Made by a program: the position numbers and the translations under genes. From Takakia lepidozioides (Eukaryota > Plantae > Bryophyta): a DNA stretch of 64,000 bases. The notes beneath the pieces are model-generated. The model was not told the origin of the DNA and searched no databases. It was given only the letters and a program-made list of their open reading frames with translations. Positions 1-13,141 of the stretch are shown here, piece by piece. How positions within the stretch are numbered: the first letter of the stretch is position 1; every line of letters begins with the position of its first letter. Location: NCBI GenBank assembly GCA_030704615.1, contig CM060734.1:28954001-29018000 (forward strand), written 5' to 3'.

Positions 1-3000
1 GCAGGGTATGAATTTACCTCTCTTGCCCAAACTGGTTGATAGCATATTCACAAAATCAGGACATGTGCAATTGGGGAAATTGGATACCGTGATGCCCTGT
101 CATGAACAGCAGATGTCGAAGTGATCATTGTGTACACCCGACCATATCCTGGATCGGGCACTTCCGTGGTGCTTGCAACACGAGCTTGGAGCATTCTTGC
201 GGACTCCACTTTGCCGAAGTGTTCAGTGGTTGGAGGGAAACGCCGAACCAGTTTTTCATCTCGTTTGGTTGGCCACAAGTGAGGATTTGTCGGAGGGACC
301 CGAGAGGACGCAGAAGTAGAAGCACATGCATGCAGTTGGGGTTGTCTCGAAAAAGAAAAGCCTGCCTCCTCCAGTATTGCAATCTCCTGACTTGTGAGAT
401 GTGTTCCCACCTTGACGGGCCAAACGGTTAGAGGAGCTGGCTTCATCACCACGGAAGGACGCATAGTTCCATGCACACATCTACCACAATCGTCTGCACA
501 GAACCAGAACTTGTGGTTCTTGGCTTCTGGTTGGCCGTGTGGACGCATCAAACCCGTGAAAGTCGGAGCAGGAGACCGGGCATCGCCTCTGGATATAGAT
601 GAAGTGCACTTTTCGAAATTAGTTGCCCTGATCGCTGTACATTTCACACGAGACCCTGCACTTGTGCGTTCTATGTGCCAAACGTGGTCGGGGCATGCGG
701 ACTCCAGCACATCAAGGGGGTAGTTTCTCTCCTGCACCATTTCAGTGGCACTGTTTGATGCTGGAGTCTGCCGTCGTGTCGGAGGTTCCTCCAGAATGGA
801 GGTTCCGGACAGGATCTGTCATGCAGGGGAACACGAGGCTTTGAGAAGTTATCACGGTCTGCCCTGTGCGAATCGGAATCCGAACCAGGTGGGGTGTTCA
901 ATTTCCTCTTACAGGAGCCGAATCTCTCCTCCCCTTCAAGATGTGGAACTCTAGAAACAAGTGGCGTTCCCTGGGCATACATGCTCACCGCCCGTGCTAT
1001 CTTGCTTGGATCCCCAGATCTGCTTGCAGCACGCAACATCAACTCCAGTTTGTTCGGACCCTTGCCACCAACCCCACCTCGCAAGAAATCACGGTATCTG
1101 GTTTGTTGTTGTAAGGCACATATCAGATCATCTATTGTTGCCACATACAAATCCCGACCTCGTTTCCCAGACTATTGCAACCATGCGTTGTGCACAGTCT
1201 CTGCCAAATTGCAAGATGGCATGTCCGTCATTTCCTCAATGGACATGTTCTGCAAAGTGGAGAACCACACTTCAGAACAGTGCACAAGGAACAACATAAA
1301 GAAAGCAAGGAGAGCAAAATTTGGAAAGTAAATATATGAATAAAGCAAGCAATAGAAGCCTCGTACCATTGTCATGGCTGATCCTCACTGTCTGTACCGG
1401 AAGTGCCAAAACGCCAGCCAATCTTCCAATGCTCTCATACTCTCAAGCTATGCAGCTCCAGAAGAGAACCACCAGGCATGAATTGTCTGGAACAAAGTGT
1501 CCGCCTCCTTCATTGTTCTAGCATCTTTGTACTCTTTGCACAATTTACAGTGTTGTGTCTGCATCTCTGGTTTGATGTCCAACTTTGTATGTTTCTCCAG
1601 AGATTGTGTCCAATGGAATAGACATGTACGCTCTCTTCCCAACATTGGCACTTTTGGGTTGCCTGATCCGAAGACAATTCGAACAGCATTGAAATTCGCC
1701 TAAGCACTATAACCAGTGAAATTTGGAGATGGCACCCCATGGCAGCCCATAACACGTATCAGGGAATTCCACATGAGTTTATGGGATTCCGTATCCTCGG
1801 ATTGCATGTCACAAACTACAATTGTCATAACTCATTGGTACACTGGATCATAAACATGGCAAGCCATTGTCGTCCAATCTTTCACTCGTTTCACATGATC
1901 AAACATAAGAAAACAATTTTGCAGGTCCCCACTCTTCTGCATCCGCTTCACGAGGCTAACCTCACTGCCCTCCCCAGCAGTCGACGTTTTGAAAAGAAAT
2001 ACTTTGATGGCACCTTGACCTGGAAAAACATTGTCTTGGATGTAGTCATACTTGCTCAGTCGTTTCAATTCCAAAATGTTGTCTATGTAGCCTCTGATCC
2101 CAGAGCCCATTCTCAATGCATTGATCTGATGCCGAATATTAGGTGAACTCAAAGTGGAGAAATGATCCATGACAATGTCCAATGCTGGACCGTCAAGTTT
2201 AGTCCCCACAGAATCCCCTTCATTCAAAATATGGCTTTCCAAGAAGGACTTGCTTGCGCCAAGAGCAATTGCAGATGTTGTTGCGAATGGGTTTATCTCG
2301 TACTCCTGTTTAATCAACCTCGATACTGTCTCAACACTCTCCCTGTAATCCCCCTTCGAGACAGGATGGTTATGGAAACCGAAATGCACACAAGCTCTTG
2401 TCATTGTTTTCAAACAGTGGACAACATAGTACATTCTTGCTCCACACAGCGCCAGGCAGGATGGTACAAGTTTGCAGAATTTGCAAACGAAAGTGATTGC
2501 CGGTGGAGGAGCAGTCCCAGGCTTAAATGGTTTTTCCGCGAGACCCTCCCACTCGCTTTGATTATGAACCCCAGACTGAAGAAAACGTCTACAATTCAAA
2601 TTATCACACCTAAGGTGTCCATTGCAAACTGTTCTCCTGAAAACAAGCTTGTCATCATTTTGAATATTGGATGTTTTTGTTCTGCACCATGGGTGCCCAT
2701 CGTGTTTCTTGTCCATTCCGTGCATCATGCTTGTTATACCTCCAACTCATGGAGGAGGAGGCAGCTCAAATAGGATATCCCCATCAAAAGTCTCTGGTAG
2801 GAACTTCACAGGCACCTGCTTCAAAGATTCCCAATCAATTCCCCGCAACTCACTTTTGAAACCTGCCATTTCTCCCATCGCTCGTAGTTTTGGAATGACA
2901 CTACAAATCTCTTCTTCATCCGCTTCCACAACTATAATACAAAGGACTGGAGTTGGAATTTCACTTATGTCATCATCAGACGAATCCGAAAGCTCAACGA

Positions 3001-3370
3001 TTGGAATGGAGGACGTATGTTCTTTTTTCACCACCACCTCCCTTTTGTCTTCAACGACTGAAGCAGCAGTCCCGGGGGTCACATATGATCCAAGGGACTT
3101 TCGCCGAGGCTCTCCAAGTACTATGTATCTACCAGGGCGCACTCTCCACTGGCTGACATGAGCCGTCTCATCACGGTTTTGGAAAGAGTATTTCAACAAC
3201 TTCCCGTCCAAATCGTACACCTCTTTCTCCAAGAAGATGGAGCCATTCTGAAGCTCAAACCGGGTAGCCAAGACATGTTTCAGAACAATTGCGAATCCAT
3301 TGTCAAGGGCTTCATTGGAGAACGGCACTAGTTTCTCATCAGAGAAGAACTCCGCTTCAGAGGAAGCCAT
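1..3370 (-). mobile_element. Decayed Mutator-like (MULE) transposase: Cys/His-rich WRKY/GCM-like DNA-binding region, MULE catalytic core, C-terminal SWIM zinc finger running off the window
   Basis: ORF 1832-2728 has C..C..C / CKFC..C..C / HFGFHNHP, then LMFDHVKR..TMACHVYD. Downstream frames give RERTCLFHWTQSL (the MULE CxxH motif). Bases ~100-1 on the minus strand read ITVSNFPNCTCPDFVNMLSTSLGKRGKFIPC (SWIM CxC...C). Several stops and frameshifts. Confidence 0.75.
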
Positions 3371-5103
3371 CTTGCCTCCTCTCGTACGAAGATCCCTTGC
3401 TATCGCAGCTCTTCAGTGAAATCTATTGACTGAGTCTCCAAAACACTGGTGAAGAATGAGCAGAGAATATCGCGGAGGAAGTACACACGATGATTGTGCA
3501 CATTTTGTTATTCCTTGCATCTGGCAAACTCTTCCAGACATGCAGCCGTCCATTTTAATTACTTTTTTTGTGGGCGTTGTGGACAGAGTATCCCTAGGAG
3601 CAATTTCGGTAGCTGTTAAACCTTTATTCAGAACGTCATCAATTAACATAATAACCAGCCGATCATGCGCACCTGGAAAGTCCAAACTTTGAAACGAACG
3701 TGGGGTGGGCTTACAAGGATGAATGTGTATGATATCCAGAAATTTGTCATCAAATACTCGTTCATTTACATATATTTGTCTGAGATTGTGCGCCTGATGG
3801 CCCCATATTTTTTATTCCATGGTGCCATGGTTATGATGGCATAGGCATTGTCTGAGTTTGAGCAGTCAGACCAACTAATTTTTTATTTGCAATGTTATAT
3901 TCATTTATAATATTTGTCGCTGTTATATTCAATTATTGAAACCCTTCAAATAAACGACACGCCGTTCATTTTGGGCGACACACGTCAGACTTCGATAACT
4001 ACATTGCAGATGAACAGCTGTCCACTAATGGCTAGCAAGTGCACTAATAAGGGAATGACATTTGTGTAACGGTCACGCGAGAGGGAATCCGATGCTTCTA
4101 GAGACAATCCCTAACGCACGCAACTCCGCAAGAAATCGAGAGTCAGTTTGTCTTTCTTGTTTCCGCACTTAGAGGGAGAGAGGTAGTCAAGTTGGAGAGG
4201 GTTCCTTCTACGATACGAAAGAGAAGGAAGTCACTTTATTTTACTTCCCTTAGAGAGAGACTCAGAGCAAGAGAGCAAATGACGAGGCGTCGTTTGATGG
4301 AGAACACAGGGCCACGGCAGCAGGTGAACGCGGAGACTGCAACACAAGTGCAGACCGAGAATGAGGCTGCAGCTGTCACACAACCAGAGGGAACAGTGAG
4401 CGTTGGAAACCAGACTGTGGAAGCAGAGATGATTCGCAAGGAAACTGAAGGAGGTGGAAGTCCGGGGAACGCAAAACCGGGAGAAGGTCTACAAACCCTA
4501 GACCAGACAGGAATTATGTGAAGGGGAAGAGGAAAGCTGCAGAAGGGGATCCGAACTCAAAACCGAAGAAGGCGCCAGTAAGTGTTCTCCACCCTTCCAT
4601 TTCCTGTTTACAGATGTACGAAGTGAGTGAGTGAAATGTCCTAGAAAGTGATGGTAGGTACCGACCATCACTATGAAGTCATGTTGATTTGCTTTGTATT
4701 CCTCTATTTCTGGTTTTTCATACCAGTTGTTTGTGACTGGCGGTACTGCCATTCACTGTTCTTCAGATGATAGAGTCAGTCTGATTGCTTTTCCAGCACT
4801 CTTTCTCTTTCTTTCTGTAGCAGGAACCTGTGATTGTCGGCAACGTCATGATTCTCTTTCATTTCAAAACTCTCATTATGATACAACAGAAAGTGAGTGT
4901 CGGTGCCGACAGTAACTATGATCCAGTATTGACTTACACCAAACGCAATGTTTTCCATTCTAGTGTAGTGTGAGTGTCGTTAACGCCATTCGATTCTCCT
5001 CGTGAGCTTCCTATACCTGCATGCGTGGAGAGAGAGTGATGGTCGGAGCTTCTTGTAGGGCCCACCCCCGAAAGGGGGCAGTAGCCGCAAGGTGAAGTGA
5101 CTC

Positions 5104-5345
5104 TTAGTTACGCCGGTCCACATAGGAGTCTTCTCTCTCTCTGGAAGCTTCTTTGAACTTGACTATTTCAAAAAAATATTTGGACATTTTTTCTCCCTGT
5201 GTAAACCAATTGATACCAGCCTGCAACTTGTATTTCTGTCCCCTCATTGTGGCAAAGGCCCCCAGGTTGTGACAGGCCTCCAAGTAAGTCTGAAATGTGG
5301 CGGGGTCATAATTGCCCCTTCCGATAGACTTTTGACAAATACCAG
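5104..5345 (-). mobile_element. LINE ORF2 fragment (linker between endonuclease and RT)
   Basis: CQKSI..TFQTYLEA..AGINWFTQGEKMSKYFFE matches the LINE at ~30310-30495 (CQKQI..TFHTYLEA..AGINWSAKGEKMSKYFFE). Confidence 0.8.
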
Positions 5346-5355
5346 CACTGTCTTG

Positions 5356-6030
5356 TACCACTGGCGGTCTCCTCACATTAATTAATTTTTTAAATTATGC
5401 GACCGTCGCTTCTAATTTATTTGTTTTTAAATGAAGCGACCGCCATTAAAAAACAAAATTGTTTTTTCTTAAATGAGGAGACCGCCACTGACGGTCTCCT
5501 CATATTAATTTATTTTTTAAATGAAGCGACCGCGTCTAATTTTTTTTAAAAAAAATGAAGCGACCGCCATTAAAAAATAAAATGGTTTTCTTAAATGACG
5601 GTCTCCTCATATTAATTTATTTTTTAAATGAAGCGACTGCCATTGGCGGTCGTTTATTTATTTATTTTAATAATTTAATTTAATTTAATTTAATGAAACG
5701 ACCTCGCTTCTAATTTTTCTTTTTAAATGAAAAGACCGCCACTGGCGGTCTCCTCATATTAATTAATTTTTTTTAAATGAAGCGACCGCCATTGGCGGTC
5801 GTTTTTAATTGTTTTTTTTTAATGAGGACGGTCTCTTCTAATTAATTTGTTTTTTTAAATTAAGCCACTGGTGGTCTTTTATAATTAGTTTTTTCTTAAT
5901 TAAGCGACCGCCAATGGCGGTCGCTTCTAATTAGATTTTTTTTTAATGAAGCGATCGCCATTATTGGCGGTTGTTTAAAAAATAATAAAAAATTGGAGCG
6001 ACCGCCAATATGGCGGTCGCTTCGAGAAGG
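5356..6030. repeat. AT-rich array of short GC-rich motifs (AAATGAAGCGACCGCCA; palindromic GACCGCCANTGGCGGTC), resembling DNA-transposon subterminal repeats
   Basis: More than ten copies of GCGACCGCC or its reverse complement, in both orientations, separated by poly-A/T tracts. Confidence 0.8.
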
Positions 6031-7578
6031 TTGCCCCTGTCATTATGACAACGTGCCCTGAAGAATGAGGGGGGGGGAAGAGGAGCATATAAGCCAATGG
6101 AGGTTCATTCTCCCCTCACTCCCTCTCCACACAACTTCAGTGTTCGTGGTATGTAACTATTCCACAACACGTAGTTACGTGGAGAATGAGGCCATTGGCT
6201 AAGTGGGGGCCGGTATTTTTTGCCACGATTTTTGTGAAGTCGTTGCAGAGAGTACTCCCATAGGCCCTCCTTTGGCTTGCATGATATTTTGATTCTAGAA
6301 AATTAGCTTTTGCTAACTATTCTGACATTTATTCGGGTGGAGGCACTACCTAGGCATGGTACCATTGTAGTTGGTAGGGCCAATAGTATTCTCTCTCCAT
6401 ATCGCCATGTGTTTAGCTGTCATTTAGTTCTTAGCCATTTCCACATTTGCTTAAGTGGTGTTTAACTTTCGTTTACTTGTTAGTAAATCTCGTTTAGGGT
6501 TGCTCCGATTGTTATAAAATGGCAGAGGGCCACGACGATGAGCGTCATGGAAGAGATGACCCCAATGAACATGGACTGCCCGCTAATAAAATGAAATGGT
6601 CAAGGCAGGACTTGAATTGGGGAGTATATGATGACCGTAGCACACTAGCAGAAGAGGGTTGGGAGGATTTTTCGTCCGAGTTAAGGTGGCCGATGTTGAG
6701 ATGCAAAAAAATTGTGAAATGGTATCATATCAACCGTTTCTGGCCTAAACATAGGCATGTCGTGCAAACCAAAAACAATTACGCAGAGTTCAAGTCTCGC
6801 ACGAACTTGCATTTCCAGCATAGGGCGGATGAGGTGCATCACACATTGTGAGGTGAACCGCTTTTAAAGGGCCAAATCCCATACAGCTTGGTAGCCATGT
6901 TGTACGTGGAGGTTATACTGTTGCGTCCAGTGGATTGGCAAATTGATAGCAGGATGAACGCCGTGATGCAATACATGTTCGTTGATATCCCGGACACGTT
7001 TGTGCCACCCCAGGCTATGATACTGGGCGTGTCCGAGGCATAGGTGCAACAAGTATCTCGAACGTTTGAAGAACAACCAGCGGAAAGAGACCAACGAATT
7101 GTGAGGACCTTGTCAAATGACAAAGAAAGCGCATAGCCAAGTTGGAGTGTAGATTTGAGAACACGCCTCCAAACAATGAAGGCACTATCTAGAAGGAGGG
7201 TTGTCCGAACAACGTGGACATGGTGGTGGAGTTTACAATACCTGATCTCAATCTTGACTGCATCATTAACAGAATTATGGATGTCCCTTTGCCTATCGCC
7301 GATGAAACCATGGTTGAGGAACAAGACTTGCGGATGAAAGAAGGAGAAAAGGAAAAGAACCAGTAATGGAGCTCGAAGAATATTCCAGGGTCGCAATTCA
7401 ATCCGATATGGTGTCTGATGTCGATTGCGTTGCAAGGGAGCAAGACATTGCTATGGCAACTGCATGGCGCTTGTCAAAAGCCTTGGAGATTCGGGCATGG
7501 GTGCCATTGAATGGCGATTGGGATAATTGGGTACAATGGGCGACCCACCTGGCCTCCAAAGAAACGTAGGTAGAGCAG

Positions 7579-8130
7579 GCACTGTCTTGCCCCCTGAAAT
7601 GGCCCAAGGACTCATAGTTCTCCTATACAAGAAATGAGACAAACAATTGATTTCCAACTATAGACCTATTACACTGCTAAATGTCTCTTACAAGATCATT
7701 GCTAAGACTCTGGCCCTCAGACTCCAACCACTATTACCATCCATCATCAGGCAGAACCAGACTGGTTTCATAAAAGGCAGGTACATTTTGGACAATATTT
7801 TCCTAGCCCAGGATGCCCCAGTCTTTGCTTCGGCCTCCAATCAAGCAATAGCCCTCCTTCTCCTTGATTTTGAGAAGGCATTTGATAAGGTTGAATGGCC
7901 CTTCCTATTAGATGTGTTTAAAATAAATAATAATAATAAAATGCCTCACTGATCATGACTACTGCCAATGGGTCTCCATCCTGCTCAACAATGCAATCAA
8001 CAGGGTCTCCATCAATGGATTTATCTCTAAACCATTTCCTCTTCAGGCAAGGCTGCCCACTGACGCCCTTCTTTTTTTTGCTGGCAGCAGACTCCCTAGG
8101 CTATTTACTTGAGGCAAATGAGGAAGTTGT
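7579..8130 (+). mobile_element. LINE reverse transcriptase fragment
   Basis: NYRPITLLNVSYKIIAK..QTGFIKGRYILDN..LLLDFEKAFDKVEW..RQGCPL. Confidence 0.9.
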
Positions 8131-8131
8131 G

Positions 8132-8857
8132 TGTCGCGGCCCTTTGCCTTGAGGGCAGGGGGGTCGGGACACAAGAGGGGCTGCCCCTGTGGTGGGCGTA
8201 GTGGCAACAATAGGTACGGGGGCTGAAGCACCCTTGAGTGCCCAATGCACTCAAGGAGGCGAATGCGCTCACTAGGTGGAGCCCCGCACACCGGGTTGCG
8301 GTGGGGGTGGTTCCACGAGGGGTGGTGGTAGCTTAGTGGGTCTTAGTGGGGTGGCATAGGACTCACCATGGGGCGGAGACCTTGTGGTGGGAGTCGTGGG
8401 GAGTCTTGGGACTCATCACGGTCCATTGGGGCCGTGGTGGGTGGGCCAAGACTCACCGCGACTCATCACCGGGAGTCAAGGGTCTTCGTGGTGGTTTGCC
8501 ATAAAAGGACGGTGTTGTTTGTGAAACCCCCGCTGAGAGTCACAGGAATATATGTAGGGGAGTAGTAACCCCGAGAACGGTGTAAGCCCATTGGTGACCA
8601 AAAACTAGTGAGTAAGCGTGCGAGCCGGAAAGCGACCAAGATGTGGGGAGCTGTTCCGGACTGCCAACAACGAAAGGGAATTTCCACTAGGCCCAGAGTG
8701 AGCGAGGGTCTTGTGGAGGAGCAAAGGGGGACCGTTATGTCCCGGTGAGCGGCCGAAGCTCCGAGTTGGCCCGGCGGCCAGTTTGGGAGTGAGGCGCGCG
8801 CATCAAAACGAGTAACTATGACGTGAAATGGAGCTTACCGAAGTGAGGTGCGCGACA
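8132..8857 (+). repeat. LTR of a chromovirus-type Ty3/gypsy family (5' LTR)
   Basis: TGTCGCG...CGCGACA inverted ends; followed by a PBS; homologous to 13142-13868 and to the reverse-strand copy ending at 18654. Confidence 0.9.
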
Positions 8858-8859
8858 CT

Positions 8860-8871
8860 TGATATCAGAGC
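8860..8871 (+). promoter_or_regulatory. Primer-binding site, tRNA-iMet type (TGaTATCAGAGC)
   Basis: One mismatch to the canonical TGGTATCAGAGC, 2 nt after the LTR end. Confidence 0.8.
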
Positions 8872-8911
8872 TTAGAGTTCAGTACGCGATCGTCCTTGAG
8901 ATCGGCCTCAT

Positions 8912-11845
8912 CATGGGGTCGGGCAAGACAAAGCGAAAGCGGAACGGCTCGAAAGATGATGATCCTGGTGAGCCCGGTGGGGGCGACGTGTCACCGAAGC
9001 GGCAATTGGAAGAGGCGATTCATGCTTATGAAAGCAAGGCCGCTCAAGAACGGGAGGAATTTTGGGAGTCGGAGCCCTAGGACTTCCCAGAGGCTCCGCC
9101 AGACCAACAGATGCCTCCCATGCCAGCAACCTTTTGGGAAGGGTTGTTGGTGCAGTTTGGCGGGACGTTGAAAAACGTGTTGAGGGCGGCTAATGCCACT
9201 TCCACTAAGGCAAAGTTTAAGGTGAAGCCTAAGGAACCCCGCACCTTCGAGGGCATCCAAAATCGGAAGGCACTCAACACCTGGCTCTTGGAGCTAGAGC
9301 AGTACTTCCGGGCGGCCAAGTTGAGTGATGAGGATCGGGTGGAAGTGGCTCCCACCTATTTGAGGGGCTATGCTCAACAATGGTGGCAGAAACACCTTTT
9401 GACCAAGGTCCAAACCCAGAAACCTTGAGCTGGAGTGGGTTCAAGGAACTTATGAAAAGACAGTTTGTGTCCTTCAACACGTCCTGGCTTCCCCAAGATA
9501 AGGAATTTGAAGCAAACGGATGACATTCGGGGATATGTTCAGGCTTTCAATGTGCTGTTGCTCGAAGTCACGGATATGGCAGAACCAGAACTGGTCATCA
9601 ACTTTGTGGCGGGACTGGCCCCATGGGCCGGGCAAAAGTTGGAGGAGAAGCCACCTAAGACATCGATGGAGTGGATCTCATTTTGGGGATGACATTTTTT
9701 AGCAAATCTGGAGCGGTCATAGATGGCCGCAAGAGAGTAGTCACGCTACCATGTGGGGATGGTGACAAAGTTTTACGGATGTCAGAAACGCCCAACCGAG
9801 TGGGAGGGCGAATAAACCTACTGACAACAAAGGAGTGGGCCGTGGAGGAGCCACACGAACCCCAGTTTTTGCTTTATGTAAGACAAGTGGAGGGAGAAGT
9901 CGATAGGGAGCCGAGCCCGGATTGGATCAAGGGGATCCTGGAGAAATACCAGGATGTGATGCCGGAGAATTTACCAAGCCGCTTGCCACCGCGAAAAGGA
10001 GTTGATCACAAGATAGAGGTGATACCGGGATCAGAGCCGCCTGCCAAGGCACTCTACCGGTTGAGCCACAGAGAGTTGGTTGAGCTGAAGGCCCAGCTCA
10101 AGGATCTAATGTCAAAGGGGTACATCTGGCCGAGTAAGTCATTTTACGGAGCCCCGGTGCTATTCGCAGACAAGAAGGATGGGACGCTGCGGATGTGTGT
10201 CGATTACAGGGCTCTGAATAAGGTGACTATAAAAAACCGGTACCCTTTGCCAAGGATCGACGACCTCTTCGATCGGTTGGCAGGAGCAAAGTATTTCAGC
10301 CGGATCGATTTGCGTTGAGGTTACCATCAAATCCGAGTGGCGGAAGGAGATGAGGAGAAGACCGTGTGCAGGACAAGATATGGTTCATATGAGTTCTTGG
10401 TGATGCCTTTTGGGCTCACCAACGCACCCGCGACCGTTAGCACGCTAATGAACAGCCTTTTCCAGGAGTGGTTGGATGACTTTGTGATCATGTACATCAA
10501 TGACATCTTGGTGTACTCGAAAACAAAGGAAGAGCACCTGGAGCACCTCAAAAGGTGTTCCAGAAATTGCGGGAAGGGAAGCTGTATGCCAAAGCTTCAA
10601 AGTGCAAATTCGGGGTCACAAAAGTGGAGTTCCTATGGCATGTGATTACACAGGATGGGATCAAAATGGATGACAGAAAAGTGAGGGCGATCTTGGACTG
10701 GGAGCCTCCGACTTCGGTCCCGGGAGTGCGATCCTTCTTAGGACTCGCCTCCTATTACCGAAAGTATGTGAGAAATTTCGCCAAGATCGCGGGGCCGATG
10801 TCACCTTCTGTGTAAGTCCAAGGTATGGGTATGGAACACCTTTTGTAGCCAAGCTTTTGCCGAGTTGAAGCAGCGGATGGCGGAAGCTCCAGTCCTGAAA
10901 ATCCCGGAGTTCGACTATCCATTTGAGATTCATACAGATGCGTCGAACTTCGCAATTGGGGGTGTGCTCATGCAGGATGGACGTCCAGTGGCTTACGAAA
11001 GTAAGAAACTGAATGAAGTGGAGCGACAATGGCCTACGCACGAGAAAGAAATGAAGGCGGTGGTACATTGCCTTGAGCTTTGGTGCCACTATGTTGGTTC
11101 CAACCCGGTGAAGGTGTTTACGAACAATGTCACGGTGAAGTATTTTGCCACACAGCCTAAGTTGTCCCCAAAACAACTTAGGTGGCAAGACACTTTGGCA
11201 GTGTTCGACGTGGATATCCAGTACAAACCGGGACGGGACAACGTGGTGGCTGATGCTTTAAGTAGAAAGCAGCAGTTCATGTTGGTGTACAGGGGCGAGA
11301 CGACGCTCCAAAGGAAGATCCGGAAGGCTTACCGGAAGGATGAGATGGCGAAGTCCGTGATGCAGGATTTGAGGTTGGGGGTTAAATCGCAGTTCCACTT
11401 GCACAATGGACTGCTCCGGTACAAGCAAAAGCGTCTCTACGTGTCAAAGGGAGGGATCAGAGATAGTCTCTTGAGAGAATGCCATGATGGCCCGCTTGCG
11501 GGCCACGGCGGAGCCAAGCGCACCGCGGCACTCTTAAAGAAAGAGTATTTCTGGCCCAACTGAGGGAGGAGGCCGAGGAGTATGTCAAGACATGCACCAC
11601 ATGCCAACAAAACCGGAGCGAGTACAAAAAGCAAGCGGGGCTGTTACAACCCTTGCCGATTCCAGAGGGGTCTTGGGAAAGTGTCTCGATGGATTTCATG
11701 ACTGCTTTGCCGCTGTCAAAAGGATTCGATGCAATCATGGTGGTGGTGGATAGGTTCAGTAAAATGGGTCATTTCATCCCCACCAAGGAGACAACAACAG
11801 CGCGGGAGACATGACGACTTTACTTCGCCCACGTCTTCAAGCGAA
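8912..11845 (+). pseudogene. Ty3/gypsy gag-pol remnant (gag, internal deletion, RT, RNase H, integrase truncated after Zn finger and start of core)
   Basis: gag EPRTFEG..WLLELEQYF; [31 protein letters not shown]; RNase H HTDASNFAIGGVLMQ..DALSR; integrase ECHDGPLAGHGG..C..C..WESVSMDF. Many stops and frameshifts. Confidence 0.92.
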
Positions 11846-13141
11846 GGCAAGCCCAAATAACACATTTGGACCAGATCTGCCTCTGGTGGATGTTAAGGAG
11901 GGATATGGGGTTGTGGGTAAAAGGGGGGGGGGGGGGGATGGATGGATGAAAGTAGGTGATGAGGAGAGTATGGGTGACTGTGGATGGATGTCAAAATGAC
12001 GGTTGGATATTATGTTTGGTATTTTGAATAGTTTTATAGGGCAATGAAGGGTACTGGATGAGACTGGGGGGTGGATGCGTGTGTGGTTTGGATTTGGATG
12101 GATGAAATTAGTTGTAAGGGCGTGGGTTAGAAAAGGGTAATGGATATAATGACAGTCGGACGGATGTACCGTGGAACTGGTCGGAGCCGGATGGATAAGT
12201 TGGTGGTGTGTGGCATAAGAAAGTATGGGGTGGTACGTGTTGCGCTGGGACTGGCAGAGAATGATGGGTGCGTGTCAGGTATTTTGTATTCAAAGTGAAG
12301 ATGATGGGGGCCGTTCTGATGTATGAGTGTGTGGGAGACGTCTCGAGTGCTGTGGAGTAGTACAGATCGACAATTGTGTAGCTGGCTGTGGTGAAGGTGG
12401 AGTCCCTGCATGTTGCCACAGGGGGCTCTGTAGCGTACTGAAAAGGACCTGCAGGGGTAGCTTTGAGGGGAGTGTTCTTGCGCGGTGGGTGAGGAACCTG
12501 GGAGGGAGACAAAGTGGGAAGGTGAGGTGTTGTGGTGTGGGTTGTTGTGGTGGTTGTTGGGGGTGGGTGGCGAGGTAGAAAAAAATGCGTGATGGAGCAG
12601 CGCTGGTTGTCTCGAGTGTGGATGATAATGCTGGATAATGTATGTGTTGATCGTGTCTGTGGAGGACTAGCAGTGCAGGGGGTTGGTTCCTTTGCGGGAG
12701 CGGCTGTTGCGCTTCCTCTGTGGATATGATGAACTTCGATTCTGTGCAGGTGTTATATGCGCATATCATGGGGCACACGGTTAGTTCAAGGTTATCGTCA
12801 TAGTCAAAGGGGTTCAAGGCGAACCCTTGCTCAAGGTGATGCCAAAAAGCGGCATCATGAGCGGTCGCAAGCAATATTGTTGCAGTAAGGCGATTCGATC
12901 CTCGGGGAGGATCGTACCTTGGCCATGAAGTGGGCTAAGAAGAGTGCACTGGGTGAGGCTTGGGAAGCTCCACCCTTGGCCGTGACTTAGGGGAGTCGGA
13001 CGAACTAGCTAGTGGGGGGTAGGAAGTTTGGTTCTTTGCCATGGGACGCCATGGCACGGGAACAAACTCCTTGGATGTTAGTTTCCACAAGTTGAAGGGA
13101 CAAGTCGATGAGGACATTGACTCCTTGTTGCTAGGGGTGTG

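Noticed and set aside
4065-5112. Possible solo LTR (TGTAAC...GTTACG) containing ORF 4192-4521
   Set aside because: No TSD, imperfect end, no second copy in the window, and the ORF has no recognisable domain.
5356-6030. CRISPR-like array
   Set aside because: The repeats are short, occur in both orientations and have low-complexity non-unique spacers; the context is eukaryotic with no cas genes.
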